DNA of 64,000 bases from Magallana gigas. Taxonomy: Eukaryota. A program made the position numbers and the translations under genes. Where the stretch lies: contig NC_088858.1 of the NCBI RefSeq assembly GCF_963853765.1, positions 6,882,001 through 6,946,000 on the forward strand, in the 5' to 3' direction. This document shows positions 1-13,201 of the stretch, in pieces; the stretch's first letter is position 1, and the number at the start of each line of letters is the position of its first letter. The notes below the pieces were generated by a model. The model was given only the letters and a program-made list of their open reading frames with translations. It was not told where the DNA came from and made no database searches.

Positions 1-1409
1 AGGGCCATTTTCAATCTATTTCTATCAATCTTCAAAAAAAGAGCTCTGAATAACAGTTAAAGAAAATGTATAACTTTTAAAGCTTTTATGTATCTATATA
101 TTTTTCTTGAAAGAATATTAGTTTATGGCCATAAACATTATGTTTAAATTTTAAGGTTGGTGTAATTGGTAAATGTTTGACCATCCGGCCTCTTTCTTTG
201 AATAATTTTCAAACAAAACAACGTTACTTAAAGCTACTATGCACTTTCCCCATACAAACCAACAAAAACCGTCTAGAAAGAATTTTTGTCGGGATACTTA
301 ACGATACAAATTGTGGAACCTGTCTTTTGTTATTTGTTTCTCCACAACATCTAAATACGATGTGCTATCCACACTCTCGCCAGACCAGCTAAATAAGATG
401 TACTACTCACAGTCTCGCCAGGCAAGCTATACTCGGTTCCAAGATATCCTCGATTCATATTTTGCTTAAGGCATCCGACCCATATTAGGACATAATTTTC
501 CGAACCTTGAATATCCATCATGTATTTAATACTTCTATATTAATGTCAAGCATTTTAGAGTAGGAAATGATCTACCAAGAGAAATTTTCAAAAATATTAT
601 TAACTAAGCAGTAATTAGTTAATGAAGATTGCATTATAGTCTAAGGGGTCAGGTATATTATTCAAAATAAAAAAGTAAATACTAGGATTATCAATAAATG
701 CTTTGGTAGAAAGATGTATTTAATCATTAGGAATACAAAAACTATTGAAAATAAATTTTTTACAGTATAAATTTGTATTAAAAATTAATTTTTATAGAAT
801 AAAAGCAAAGGGGGGCAACTCTTCAAGAAAAGGAAAAGGTCATTAACTGGGACAAATTCTACTCTTAAATATTGATACTTAACATGAAAATTATGTCCAA
901 GTACATGTATACTGAGTATTAAGCCCAAACATATGCACTCATATTCATTGAATCTAGGGCTATTATGGATCGAATCCCTTAATTATTCAATATTTATAAA
1001 TACATCAGGGTTCAAACAATGTCCATAAAAAAGTATGATTTTCCAAGATTTCTCAGTTATAACGCCCCCGTTAGCTTACCAGGTTTCAATACACGGCTAA
1101 AAAATGTGATGTCAACGGGGATTTTGGATTGCAGCAAGCCTGGATTATAACGTTCAAAACTTGCACGAGGTATTCCGAGTGAGTTCCGAATGGGGAAAAG
1201 ATGTAAACATTTCACATTAAAAATCTTCGCAAGAAATCTGTTTTCGTTCCTGTGATTTTTTTTTTGTGACAAATGATAATGCATCAAAGAAGATATCTTG
1301 AAAATTTACCCTTTTATCAATTTCAATTACACTTCTCTCACAGGTATGTGTATTTTTATTAAAAATCGTACAAATGTGTGGCATAAATATCTTGGGACAG
1401 ACTCTGTAT

Positions 1410-1645
1410 ATGATGTACTACCCACACTCTCGCCTGACAACCTTAACGATGTACTACCCACACTCTCGCAAGGCTAGCTATAAATATGATGCACAACCCA
1501 AACTCTCGCAAGGCTAGCTGAATATGATGCACTACTTACACTCTTGTCAGGCTAGCTATAAATATGATGTAGTACCCACACTCTCACCAGGCTAGCTAAA
1601 TATGATGTAGTACCCACACTCTCGGCAGGCTAGCTAAATATGCCA
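1410..1645. repeat. Minisatellite, ~38-40-bp unit, about 6 copies; two further copies at about 355-430
   Basis: Unit ATGATGTACTACCCACACTCTCGCCAGGCTAGCTAA. Confidence 0.75.
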
Positions 1646-4600
1646 GTAATCTTGTCATTTCTTCAACCGAATATTTTACATCTTCAAATCTTTTATTTGA
1701 TAGCTTTAGCCAGTTTATATAAATTTTGAATTTTTATTTATCAATAGTATACTTAATAGCAGTAAGTTCAATTTTCTAACTTTCGATTGCCGCTGAAATA
1801 ACTCTGCTTATTAAAATTGATTTCCCTTTTTATTATTGGTATGAATTTTAAAGGAAAAATTACTCGTTTCCATTTATGATTTAAGTATTTCAGTAAATTA
1901 TGTTTTGTACTTAAATTTATTCATAAGAGTATTGCTGAAATGGCCGTCTGAAATGAAAAGAGTCTTTCAGAAAACATGAATATAAAGCGTGCATAAGATA
2001 AGATAATATTTATTTAAAGTCGGGTTTTACAAACAATAAACATTAGCTCTGAGGAGCTATTTTCCGACTTTATATCATATAACATCATAACAGATCCATT
2101 AAATATGCTATGAAATCGAAAATCGGGCAAAGAAGCTTCCCATATTTAAAAAGTTTTTAAAATGATCATTGAAGCAAAAATATTCATAAATTTAGTTTAC
2201 TAGTATAATTTCAATCCCTATCGATATAATCTAATTGTTTACTAGTACTGATAATATAATAACAATGCCCCAGTAAGACCACTAACAGGTTGAATATTTA
2301 CCGTTTATGACGTAAAACGCTGATAAAGGTAACTTTGGGGAAAAAGGTATTCAGTTGAGCCTTGAAGGAAAAAAAAATACCAGAGTGTTTTAATACTCAT
2401 CAGGTTTATTGTTCTAGCAAAACCAGATCTTACCACTTTTATTAATGACAAGTGCCCAAAATAAATCCCCGCAATAATCTGGACCTAAGTAAATTAATAT
2501 GATTTATTATACATGTACTTGTATATTATTTTGGGATTCGGTAAAATCTAGATTCGTGCGGAATCCAACTTAAAAAATATTTTAAAAAACCCAGATTCGA
2601 CTACTGACTTTCAACTTGGTCACAGAAGAAACTGGTCATTTTATTTGTGGAATGCACGAAGTACTGTATTGTTCAGCATAATGACTTGAACCACTAATTT
2701 TTTCAGTTAGATCTCGACGAGAACCATCATTCTGTAATTATTAATCATTGAAATATTTATGTAATTGAATTATGAAAAAAGATTGAAAACATAAAAGTAT
2801 ATGTTCCAGAAAGAAATAACCTTGTCAAAAGTTGTTTCTGTTTATTATAGTATAGATCAAAGCTACAGGTGCGACAAAATGTAAGTAATGTCAGCTTACA
2901 TATACCGGTATGATGCATGCGAAAAAGTGTCGTAAGTGAAATTATCTCCGCGATATTTCACAACTTTGCAATCAACTCATGACGTCACAAATTACCTTTA
3001 GATTTTCGAGATTCGTGTAAAGGTAAATGGTTAACCAAACATAACAAATAAATGTATTAAGAAAATCAAATCATGGTCAACTACATATTTTTAATAAGAT
3101 TTTTAAAAATTGTTATAAAAATATCACATTTTTTAGGTAAAATATAAATGTTACATAACTAACCAGCTGTATGTATAATTTGGCGAAGACAAGAGGAAAG
3201 TTCCGAATTTATTGGTATAATTTGCAACAATCAGCCCAAAACTGAACATGTCTCTAATGGTCCATGATGTTTAGCACCCAATTTTGTCAGCGGAAATCAT
3301 CATATTGGATACCATAGCAACAGCACAAACATTCTATTGCTTTTGAAATTGTTGTGATGTGCAGACATATTGAAAAGGTTAAAATAAGTCGGATTTTGGC
3401 TTTGTTGATTATGTAAGTAATTCTTGATTATTAATTATCAATTTTATTAAATTCATAATGAATCTATTAAACATAACCTTCAAAAGAAACCATGGAATAT
3501 TTTTTTTCCAAATTTCTCGTTATATTATGTTTGTTTTTAAATATAATTACCAGTACCTGGAATAAATCATTTTAAAGTTAATCGTTTTATAAACTTAAGT
3601 GTTCTGGGTTTCTTTTTCATGGATATGTTTAAAACTTATTTTCCATTATTTTTTTGTTCTTTAGTCAAAGAATTACTAGGATAATTTATTATCATTTGGA
3701 ATTTGTTTAAAAGTCCTTAAAAGAATAAACAAAGTTTCCAAATATGTAATTATGAAGAGGTTATTTAATAAAATAACTTAATAAGATCCAACTTAGAGTC
3801 TTATTCACATTTCTTCGTTTAGAAATTAAAAATCCCGACTTAGGAAAGGATTCGCGCATGATGTTAAGATAGAATCAACATCCACAACATCAAGGTATGT
3901 ATAACTTCTGGTGTTGTTCAGAAAAATACAATTTTAGTCATTTGTCGGTTTATTAAAACAATAAAATGCTTACTTTGCTGATTAATGCGGGATAAGAAGG
4001 CAGCGACATAGCAGAAAAAATACATATTACGGGTTATATATTTTTTCTGCAATAATCACTACCTTCATAAACATTTTATTGTTAATATTCACAATTTTTT
4101 AAAAACAAATTATTGAATTAATAATAAAAAAGTAGTTAAAATTAACTAAATAAACGTTAATGTACATGAGTACGTTATATTAAAGAAATAGCCAAGTCTT
4201 TGTGTATGGGAGTCTGCAATTTCGATTTTCGAGCAGTCCTTGATTTCTCCTTTAAATCCTTTCATTACTTTCCAAATGAAAGCTGATTACTAGTAAATAA
4301 AAACACACCGTGTGGAATTAGCAATGGCACTATTTGGCATATTAAATGAATGTATGACATAAAGTTGGATTATTTAAATGAAACATTTCCTAAAATTTAA
4401 ACTTTTACGCTGTATACGTGTCGTTCTAAAATGGTATACAACGCCTTTGCATTTTGCTAATAAACCGGTTCTAATAAAAAAAAACCGTGTGACACAAAGA
4501 GGTATTCGTATGAAAACTTTATATTTCCGGACAAATAATTCATTATTACTCCAAGTAGAAATTGATTTCTATCTAATTCGTCCCTCAAACGAAAGAAATC

Positions 4601-5235
4601 ATATTTCCATTAGGTTGTCGAAGAACAAACCGGTTAGAACTGGATCGTTTAGAATTCAGCCCTATTAATTTCACTTTTTGCCATGAATCACAATAAGTTT
4701 TCCTAAGCAGTAAAGAAAAAAAATACTCGATAGATGTAAATAATAATTGGTCAGTTTTCATATTATCCTACCTCTATCTTTCTAGAGGTCCGTGTTGCTC
4801 TGTTTTAAATTCGTATTTCGCTTTATGGATTTTTGAGATGGTTGACAGTTTGTTATTGTCATTTTTCATTAAGTTAGAAAGCAAAAGTTCCTAGGTATGG
4901 GACGTCATTGCAAATTACCGTTTATATGTTATTGAATTTACTTGCTTAGTTTTTGCTGAATCTCTGAAAAAATAAAACTTCTCTAATCTGAATAGATGAG
5001 TGGGAATAAACGCCCTTCTGATTCGTCGAAGACGAACATGGCGATGCCCAAGGCCCGAAACATTTACCAGGACGATGACGCAGGAAAGATGGTTTTCTTA
5101 CCGGAAATTGATAACCCAAGCAAACAAACTTCATTTAGTAGAGGTAAATAGTCGTATTACATATAATTCTCAAGAATAATGAGAGTAGGGAAAAAAAACT
5201 GAATAAGAGAAGATAGGTGCAATATTAAAAACGGG

Positions 5236-8047
5236 ATGCGATTCTTCATAGGCATCTGCTGTAACGCGCCACCCCTGACGGATTCGGACAAGAAGATCCA
5301 GCTGATTAAGATGCTGTGTCTCACGGTGTTACCAGTACTAGGAGTGTGGTCCTACAGTGTGTACATGCTCTCGGATACAATCTCACTCAAGAGCGAAAAC
5401 GAGGCGGTACGTAAATACAGATTTATTTATTTTTTGTTAGAATGACAAACGAATAAAAAATTATTTTAACCGTCAATACGGTTTTTGCAAAAATAAATAT
5501 TATATAGTTTTCTTTTTTCGTGGAAAAATTCATATTATCCATGACTTTGACAGACCAGAAAAGCTTTAGTGTACAGCGTAGAACTGGGGAAGTTGGTCCA
5601 CCACTTGCAAAAAGAGAGGGACATGAGTGTTCTGTATCTTAGTGCTCTACGTCCGGAAACCAAAACATTTCTCCTGGCAGAATACATAGCGACCGACAAA
5701 GCGATAACGAGGCTTCCGGTCTGGCCCGGAAACCTAGATAAACTTGACAGAACGGAATTCTCGACTCGCGCCAACTTAGTACAACATCTTAACCGCAGAC
5801 GACAGTCACTGACGCCATCCGAAGTGTACATTCAAGATGAGATCGACTTCTATACTCGAATTATCAAAGTCGTCATCGTATGGCTATACGATTCAATCAA
5901 TGAATCGAAATTTGCTGTCGTCTGGAAAACGCTTGTCGCCTATCAAAAGTTGACGAGTGCAAAGGAAGACGTCGGGGTAGAAAGAGCGCTTGGGACTATG
6001 TTCTATGCCAACGGTGGATTTGAGAACCATTTTTACTATCAGATGTATTATAGTCGAGTACACAACTTTCGTGCTTACTACAAGACGGCTCAGTTGTACT
6101 CGGATCGTGTTCGACTCTTATACTCGTACGTAGTGAGCGAGGCCGGAAACAATCTCACTGACATTATCGATTCTTTCCGGTCAGAAATCTTACACAACGT
6201 AAAAGATGGCAATAACACGTTTCCGGAGATGCAGAAGGCCCGTTGGTGGTTTGACAACATGACCATGTATCTAGACACTTTATTAGACGTACAACAAGAC
6301 TTAGGAGAAGAAATTCTGGCAATTTTGGATACCGTGATCGAAAAAGTCCAGACTGACTTAGCCGTGAGTGCGACCCTTCTAGTGGTGGTTATCCTTATGT
6401 GCCCATTTGTCATTTATATGACGGAATACGTCACTTCCGTTTTCCATAAATATGCACTAACTCTTATTGACAAAACGAAAGAACTAGCCCGAGAAAAGGC
6501 GCGAACCGACTGCCTCATTTACCAGATGATACCTAAACCAATCGCCGACCAGGTCAAACACAGCAAAAACATAAAGCCGGAATACTTCAAGGTGGTAACT
6601 GTCATGGCGTCCGATGTCTGCGGGTTCTACAAAATGTCTTTGGAGTGCTCTGCATTACAAATCGTCGACTTGCTAAACACCCTGTATGAAGCCATCGACA
6701 AGCTATCGGAAACCTACAACATGTACAAGCTAGAAACATTGAATGACTGTTATATGGCCGTGTCAGGTTTGTAAAGCACAAGTTCTGTCTTTCACCTCAT
6801 TTCCAATCACAGAATTATCAGAAGAGTAGATGAAAAGTATCACCTCCTTTTGCAGGTTTACCAGACAGAAATAAGTACCACGTGACGGAGGTCGCAAACT
6901 TTGCACTCCAACTGATTGACTTGATAAGCAAGCGCCAGTTCATTGTGAATGAAGATCGCATCGTTCAAGTGAGAATTGGGATCAACACAGGTATTTCATC
7001 AAGTATTTGAACAATTTTACGTCAAGATCCCTGTAAGACGGTTATTTTCGACACGTGGTCTTCGTTCAAACTTGTTTATTTTTGTTGCATAAAGCAGGGT
7101 TGATAAATCATGTTACTGATGTTTGTTAGATGGTTATTTTTTCAAACCTTTTTAAAACAAACAATTGATTGATAGATTGCATCAATTAGTTTTATTTTAG
7201 GTCATCGTGTTGCAGACATTACAATGTTCTGAAGCCTTTTTGTTACATGTACATGGTGACTAATGACGTCACATCAATGTTTATTTTTAGGTCCCTGTGT
7301 GGCGGGAATTGTCAATACTGTGATGCCTCGTTACTGCGTGGTTGGGGAAACAGTCAACAACGCAGCCAGAATGATGTTTTACAGTACAGGTATTTTTGTA
7401 AGAGACAATCTATCATACGTTTATATCCAAGTTTACATTTACCGGATACTTATCATTTTAACCTTTTTTAGCCAATAGAATCAACATTAGCCACGGGACT
7501 TATACTGCACTAGAGAAGACGGGAAACTACATCTTAAAGAAGAGAAACAAACTGGTTAGTTTTTATGTTCCATCAAATAATATAATAAGTTTCGTTATTG
7601 CATTCAGACACTGAGTTGGTTTTTTTTTTTTTATCAATTTAAAAACAATTTTAGGGCAAAAACACCATGTACTGGCTCATCAAGAAGATAGGCAATGGAA
7701 CCAACGAGAACAAGGACTCCATTATATCATCTATATCATCGGACTCGGAGTCTGATAAATCAGAACCCACTCCTGACCAGAGTAACTCCGCGGAGGAGAG
7801 TCAGCACGAGGACATTCCCTTCCCGTTCCGAGCCCGACTTCCAATGCCAAACTACAACGAAGATGATGATGTACATCTGAGTGCCAGTAAACAAGACATG
7901 TTCGCAGAAACTCAGCCAAAACCAGAAGAAGTAGTGGCGCCAACTCTCACCTTCCAGAAACCGAAGGACGAAAATCTTGCGGACCAGAACGATCTTGCAA
8001 AAGATGCGCAATACAACAATGTGAAAATAGCACTCAACCTGGTATAG
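5236..8047 (+). CDS. NIT-domain receptor-type guanylate cyclase (TM-NIT-TM-coiled coil-cyclase), 6 exons, 697 aa
   Basis: Exons 5236-5406, 5554-6766, 6856-6990, 7291-7389, 7472-7554, 7655-8047; all GT-AG and phase-consistent (2094 nt). NIT signatures [12 protein letters not shown] and [11 protein letters not shown]; hydrophobic segments [20 protein letters not shown] and [21 protein letters not shown]; signalling helix [18 protein letters not shown]; cyclase motifs [60 protein letters not shown]. Confidence 0.9.
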
Positions 8048-8418
8048 AGTAGCACTGTGAATAGAAACCGATCACATTTTGACAAGGAGTCAAAGTTAAC
8101 CAATATGTCATGCAGTAAGACCTAGTCTTTCATCTGTTTCTACATCTTGATGAAAATGGCTTACATGTTGTAATGTTGTTAATTTTATCTATAACCAGAC
8201 ACTTAGAGTTCTTTGATAGACTTCTCTACCAGTGTTAATTATTTTTGTGAAATTTAAAGATGTTTTAATATTTGTTCACTTTTTGTATTAAAACATGCAG
8301 ATATTTCCCCACTCCATGTGTCTGTATTTTAGGTGTGATAGTTGCATGGTGTCAGTGTTTTTCTTTTTCTATCATTTAATTGACAAGGTACAGTCTGTGT
8401 GCACTCTAATTTTGATAA

Positions 8419-8435
8419 TTTATTTCATGAATAAA
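8419..8435. terminator. Back-to-back poly(A) signals: AATAAA on - at 8424-8419 and AATAAA on + at 8430-8435
   Basis: Sequence TTTATT-TCATG-AATAAA between the convergent stop codons at 8047 and 8593. Confidence 0.45.
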
Positions 8436-8592
8436 TAGCTTACATTTTATATCAACAATTGTTTTTCATGACTTATTATACTTATATGTCCCCGTTTGTG
8501 TATTTGGTAAAAAATCAACGATTAGGCTTTTCTGTACAAATAACAAAAGAAACTCCTGAAAATAAACTTGGGTAATATATTTAGTATATCCA

Positions 8593-11500
8593 TCATATCA
8601 TGTTCTCTGTAGTTTCTTTGCTGATAATATCCTGTCCCAGAATCAAAGATTCCCTTACGATTCCCCTGGGAGGGGGCGCTGTGACAGGTACCTGTTTTAC
8701 GTCACTGCCATCCTTTACATCACCCCTGGCAGACGTGGTCACGCCAACATTTGCTTCATTCTTCCTTAATGAATTCTTTGTCTTCTCTAAACCTCTGCTG
8801 TCTCCTGCCGTTGGTTTGATCGGTAATTCTTCTTTCTCGTTTTCGACCTCGGGTTTCGGTCTCGGTTTTCGCCGTCTTCTGCGTCTTCGTGGTTTTCCTA
8901 TTTTCATTACCTTGCCGTGTTTAATGTTTATGGACCTTATTTCTTTCACTTCTTCCAGCAAATATACAAACTCTTGATCAACACAAACGTTCTAAAAGAA
9001 AACCGTGAAAAAGTTATATGTAGCGAGCAGATAAATCTTAAAAATCGTGAAGTTGGAGTAATACCTTTAGGTCCACATTTTCTAGTGCAGTTAATGATTT
9101 GGGATCCTCTATACTTTTCAAAATGTGCAGGGAAGATTCGTTCGTTAAAAGGTTATCGCCAATCTACAAGAAAATGAATGAGCAGCCAAAAAGTATTACA
9201 TGCTTTACACATGCATGTGTATAACAAATAATACAGATAAATAAAGCACATATCATTGAATCGTAAAATCTTTTGTTAATCAGTTTTATGTAGTATAAAG
9301 AATGGAAATGAAGATTTTTGTTATTACCACGAGCGTCTTGAGCGTATCGTTTTCCGTTAGTCCTTTGGCAATGACCCGTATGTCCTCGTCCACCATTCTG
9401 TTGTATGATAGGTCCAGTTCCCGCAGAGTCCGATTTTTCTTCAGTACTAACGCCAGGCCCTGACTCCCCTCCCGTCCAAACCCATTAAAACTGATGTTAA
9501 GACGCTTCAGACCTATATTTTTCTTTTTAAAAAAATTATAAATTAAAAAATAAAAAACAAATAAGGAATAATATAGGTTGTGAAACAAATATATTGACTT
9601 CCGGAGCTATGAATGTTAAGAGCTGGAAATGGGATTGATTGTGACCTTGACACCCTTCGTAAACGCCTCAGCTGACCGTCCATTGATGTGGTTCCAACTG
9701 ATGTCAAAGGACTCCAGTCTGTCATTGTTTTCTACAACATCAACAAACATGTACCACTTTGTAAGGCTCTTTAACATTTCAACACCTCAAAATCACATTA
9801 CTTGGTGAATGTTGATTACCTATGGCTCGGCCAAATTCAATCCCCGCTCGGTCTGCAAAGTGGTTGTTGGATAGAATTACTTCTCTTAAACTTTTGGATT
9901 TCTATGAAAAAATTGGTAAATACAGAAAATCACTTTCCACTGAAATTTTGCACCGTCTCTTATAAAATAAACAACATCAGCATATCTTACCTCAATTAGA
10001 TCGCCAAACAACACGGAATCGTCGTCTTTGAATCCGTTGTCTGTAAAATTCAACATAGGTAAGGATGACTAGAATATACAGTTATCCTTAAAACAGTACT
10101 CTGTGTGCGACTGAAAGCCGTTTACAATGCCTCCTATATACTCACTGCTCAGGTCAAGATATTCAAAGAGGGTGAGGTCCTTCACAGCTTTACACAGAAT
10201 TCTAGCTCCCTCGCTGCCCAAATTATTGTTCGAAAGATTCTGAAAGAAATTACGATAATGTTACTCAAAAAAAAAAATCAAAGATATCAATTCAACAAAA
10301 ACATGAGCATAATGAGACGGCAAGCCAACTTACGACATGGGTGATCGACATGGTCTCCAGACAGGCTTCTGTTAAGTGGTTCAAGCCAAACGGTCCAATA
10401 TCATTGCCTTTAATATCCAGATATACTAAGTTGTGATCGAGCTAAAAATACCACCAAACCAGCTGATCGGTATGTTTTCCATTACTTTGATTTGAAAATT
10501 TGACTTCTAATACAGTATGAAGTACATGTTTATGACGGAGGAGTTTTATGTTCCGTTTTAGTACAGAATTTTAAAATAGGGGGCTTCAATTTTTGTTGGA
10601 TACATGTAGTGGCGTATCTTTTAAGGTCATCATGTACATGTATGGTAATATAACCAGGAATCCAAGAGACAGATCATAGTTGTTGGTCGAAAAAAATTGA
10701 CCTTGACCAGTGAGATATGGCCTCTGATCAAGGTCGTGATCTGTTTACAAGATCATGACATGTAACAGTATATTTACATCTACCAAGTATTATTCCCTCT
10801 ATTTCTTACAGAAACTTATACTTAATTCATAGCTCTATTGAAACAGCCAGACTGAAATTGACACGCCCTGTTTATCGATTGGTCCAGACCTACAACTACC
10901 TAAAGCCCCTGTCACACTGTCACGATTTATACAACGATTGCGTACGAATTACTAAAAGTTAAAAATCGCCATTATTCGCCAGGTCAGTCTTGCGATAATT
11001 CTACAGACGGTGCTTTTTTAAATCTAGTACGACTCGACTACGAAGTCTGCTCGACAATGTACGATGTTTGTGCGATGATAGGACGAGTTGTGGCGATTCA
11101 TGTTCGAATTTCGGCGATTAAGTAATGAATGCTTTGTGATTTTCCTTCGAGCAGGTAAGATGCAAGACAATTTTTATACGATACTCTTACGAATGAGTAC
11201 GACATTGTACGATTGATACACGATATTACCACGAATAAATACGAGTTTTTACGATTATATATTTGGTGTGTTAAATAATAAAGTGATTATTAAACAAATT
11301 AATAATTACATTTTTGCATTAAAAAACTTTCGTGGAATAAATTTTCAATTTCAAGCATACATGTAAGATGAATAATGCAATCAGAGTAATATTCATATAG
11401 ATTATAAAAAATTATAAAAGAAAACACGTACAGGTAGAAGTAAATTTGTGAGTTAAGATTACCAAAAAATACATACCGTGACAATGATTGCAATTGTGAG

Positions 11501-13201
11501 TATAATTATTTTCATAATTTGCTAACGGACGTTTATTACTGTATTTATAAACGAACAAGAAGATCGTGATATTGTTTTACTTCATGAATTGTTTAAATAA
11601 TCCTGAAAGCGGCAGCAGTAATGTTTGATTTATTCCCTGAATAAAACTATCAATGAAGAACAAAATTCATATTTTTAGAATGTAGAAATTACAAGTATAT
11701 TTATAATTTCAAAAGAAAAGGTTCTGTAATAAACTTTCATAATTACTGAACGATGTACTTAGTAATAAAAAAGAAGAATACTGTTGCAAAACACTAACAA
11801 GTCTTGAATTTTCGTACTAACTCGTACTTCACTCGCAAGGTTCTCGTATTGCATTCGCCCCTAATCGCCTGTTTTCGTATCATATTCGCATCAAATCGAA
11901 CTACATTCCCATTCACTCGGGAAAGACTCGAGAAACAATCGCATGAACTCGTAGAATACTCGGGGTAGATCGTAAGATATTCGTAGCATCGTAGGTACGA
12001 ATGTAGAAGATTTATTGCGACTATGTGCACGAGTGCAGTGGGAGTGTCGTGCGAAAGTCTACGAATACTAAAAAATCGTACTGTGGGCACGATTGTTTTG
12101 AACATACTCAAAACAATCGCTGCATTTGGCGATTTGCTGAGAGAAAGGAAGAGAGTCTACGACTATCTCTACGATGAACCCCGAATAAGTGCGATTATTG
12201 AATTCGTACTCTATCGTAGCTCAAAATCGTGACAGTGTGGCAGGGGCTTAAGAAAAATCACGGACTGCGCGAAATAATCATGTCAGACTCAAAGTCTCAC
12301 AGGAGACGATCTGACTGTTTCTTTTAGCTAACGTACTTACGTACATTTAAATTTAACAGTAATAAAGGTAACGATCATTGCAGAAATTTTTTTTACATAT
12401 TTTTGTTCTGCAATGTCTGCAATGGGGTTAGCTAATGTACTTACGTACATTTAAATTTAACAGTAATAAAGGTAACGATCATTGCAGAATTTTTTTTTAC
12501 ATATTTTTGTTCTGCAATGTCGCTACCTTCATATCCCGAATGAATCACCAAAGAAAGTATTTTATTGTTTAAATATTTACAACGTAAGATTTTTTAAAAA
12601 ATACCATGAGCGGAGCAGCAAGTGCCATGGCACCCCTAGGCCCAAGTCCACAGTAGGGTACCGCCAGGCTGTTTCTGATGGGGTTTCTAAGGTAGCTACT
12701 GAGCGGAATGACATTGAGCCTCCTACACTCCCGCTTATCTATTTCCTGCCTCACTTCGTGGGGTTCCAACGCTCGTGTAGGGGCTAAATAAACGAGAAGT
12801 AATGTATAGCATTTTTGAAAAAGTTTACTACCTGTTGCATTCTATATACAACAACCTGTAGCAATTTTCAACAAGAGAACAGCTGTTAATGTGAGAGCAA
12901 ACCGTGTTTCCTTTTGTGTTAACAGTTCTCCATTTGGAAAATCCGGTTGAAGATCTCAACCACTCCGCCCAACACACGTACATGTATGTACACACAAGGA
13001 CTTACTGAGTTCCAGTCGGAAGCTGTCGAAGTCTTCCCTGACGGGTTCCTGTTGAGTTACGGGTCTTGAAATGTCGGTCAAAAAGAGCAGTTCCTCCTCC
13101 GTCTCTCTGTCGATGTCGGCCCCTCCCTGTCGCGACCTTCTCAGGGTGCTGTTGGCGCTCGTCACCGCGCGTCCAGGGGGGTCGTGTGACACCGCGGACT
13201 T
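8593..13201 (-). CDS. Leucine-rich repeat protein (RI-like LRRs, LRRC74-like), at least 10 exons and 495 aa, 5' end unresolved
   Basis: Exons 13201-13006, 12783-12605, 10441-10334, 10239-10146, 10040-9991, 9901-9820, 9731-9646, 9522-9328, 9163-9065, 8991-8593 splice in frame. Repeated LxxLDLSxNxxG units (LVYLDIKGNDIG, LRELDLSYNRM, LKRLNISFNGFG); the N-terminal GLGPRGAMALAAPL resembles LRRC74. The donor at 9645 (AAG|GTCACA) is weak. Confidence 0.8.
10904..12248. mobile_element. Non-autonomous PIF/Harbinger-like element (1345 bp) in an LRR gene intron
   Basis: 25-bp TIR AGCCCCTGTCACACTGTCACGATTT (1 mismatch), TAA target duplication on both sides, CpG-rich subterminal regions, no transposase ORF. 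Confidence 0.8.
12324..12520. repeat. Tandem duplication with 104-bp period
   Basis: TTAGCTAAYGTACTTACGTACATTTAAATTTAACAG... at 12324 and 12428. Confidence 0.8.

Noticed and set aside
5535-9177. Antisense and alternative-frame ORFs overlapping NIT-GC and LRR exons (e.g. 5535-5831, 6090-6413, 7760-8011, 8600-8977)
   Set aside because: Shadows of real coding exons.
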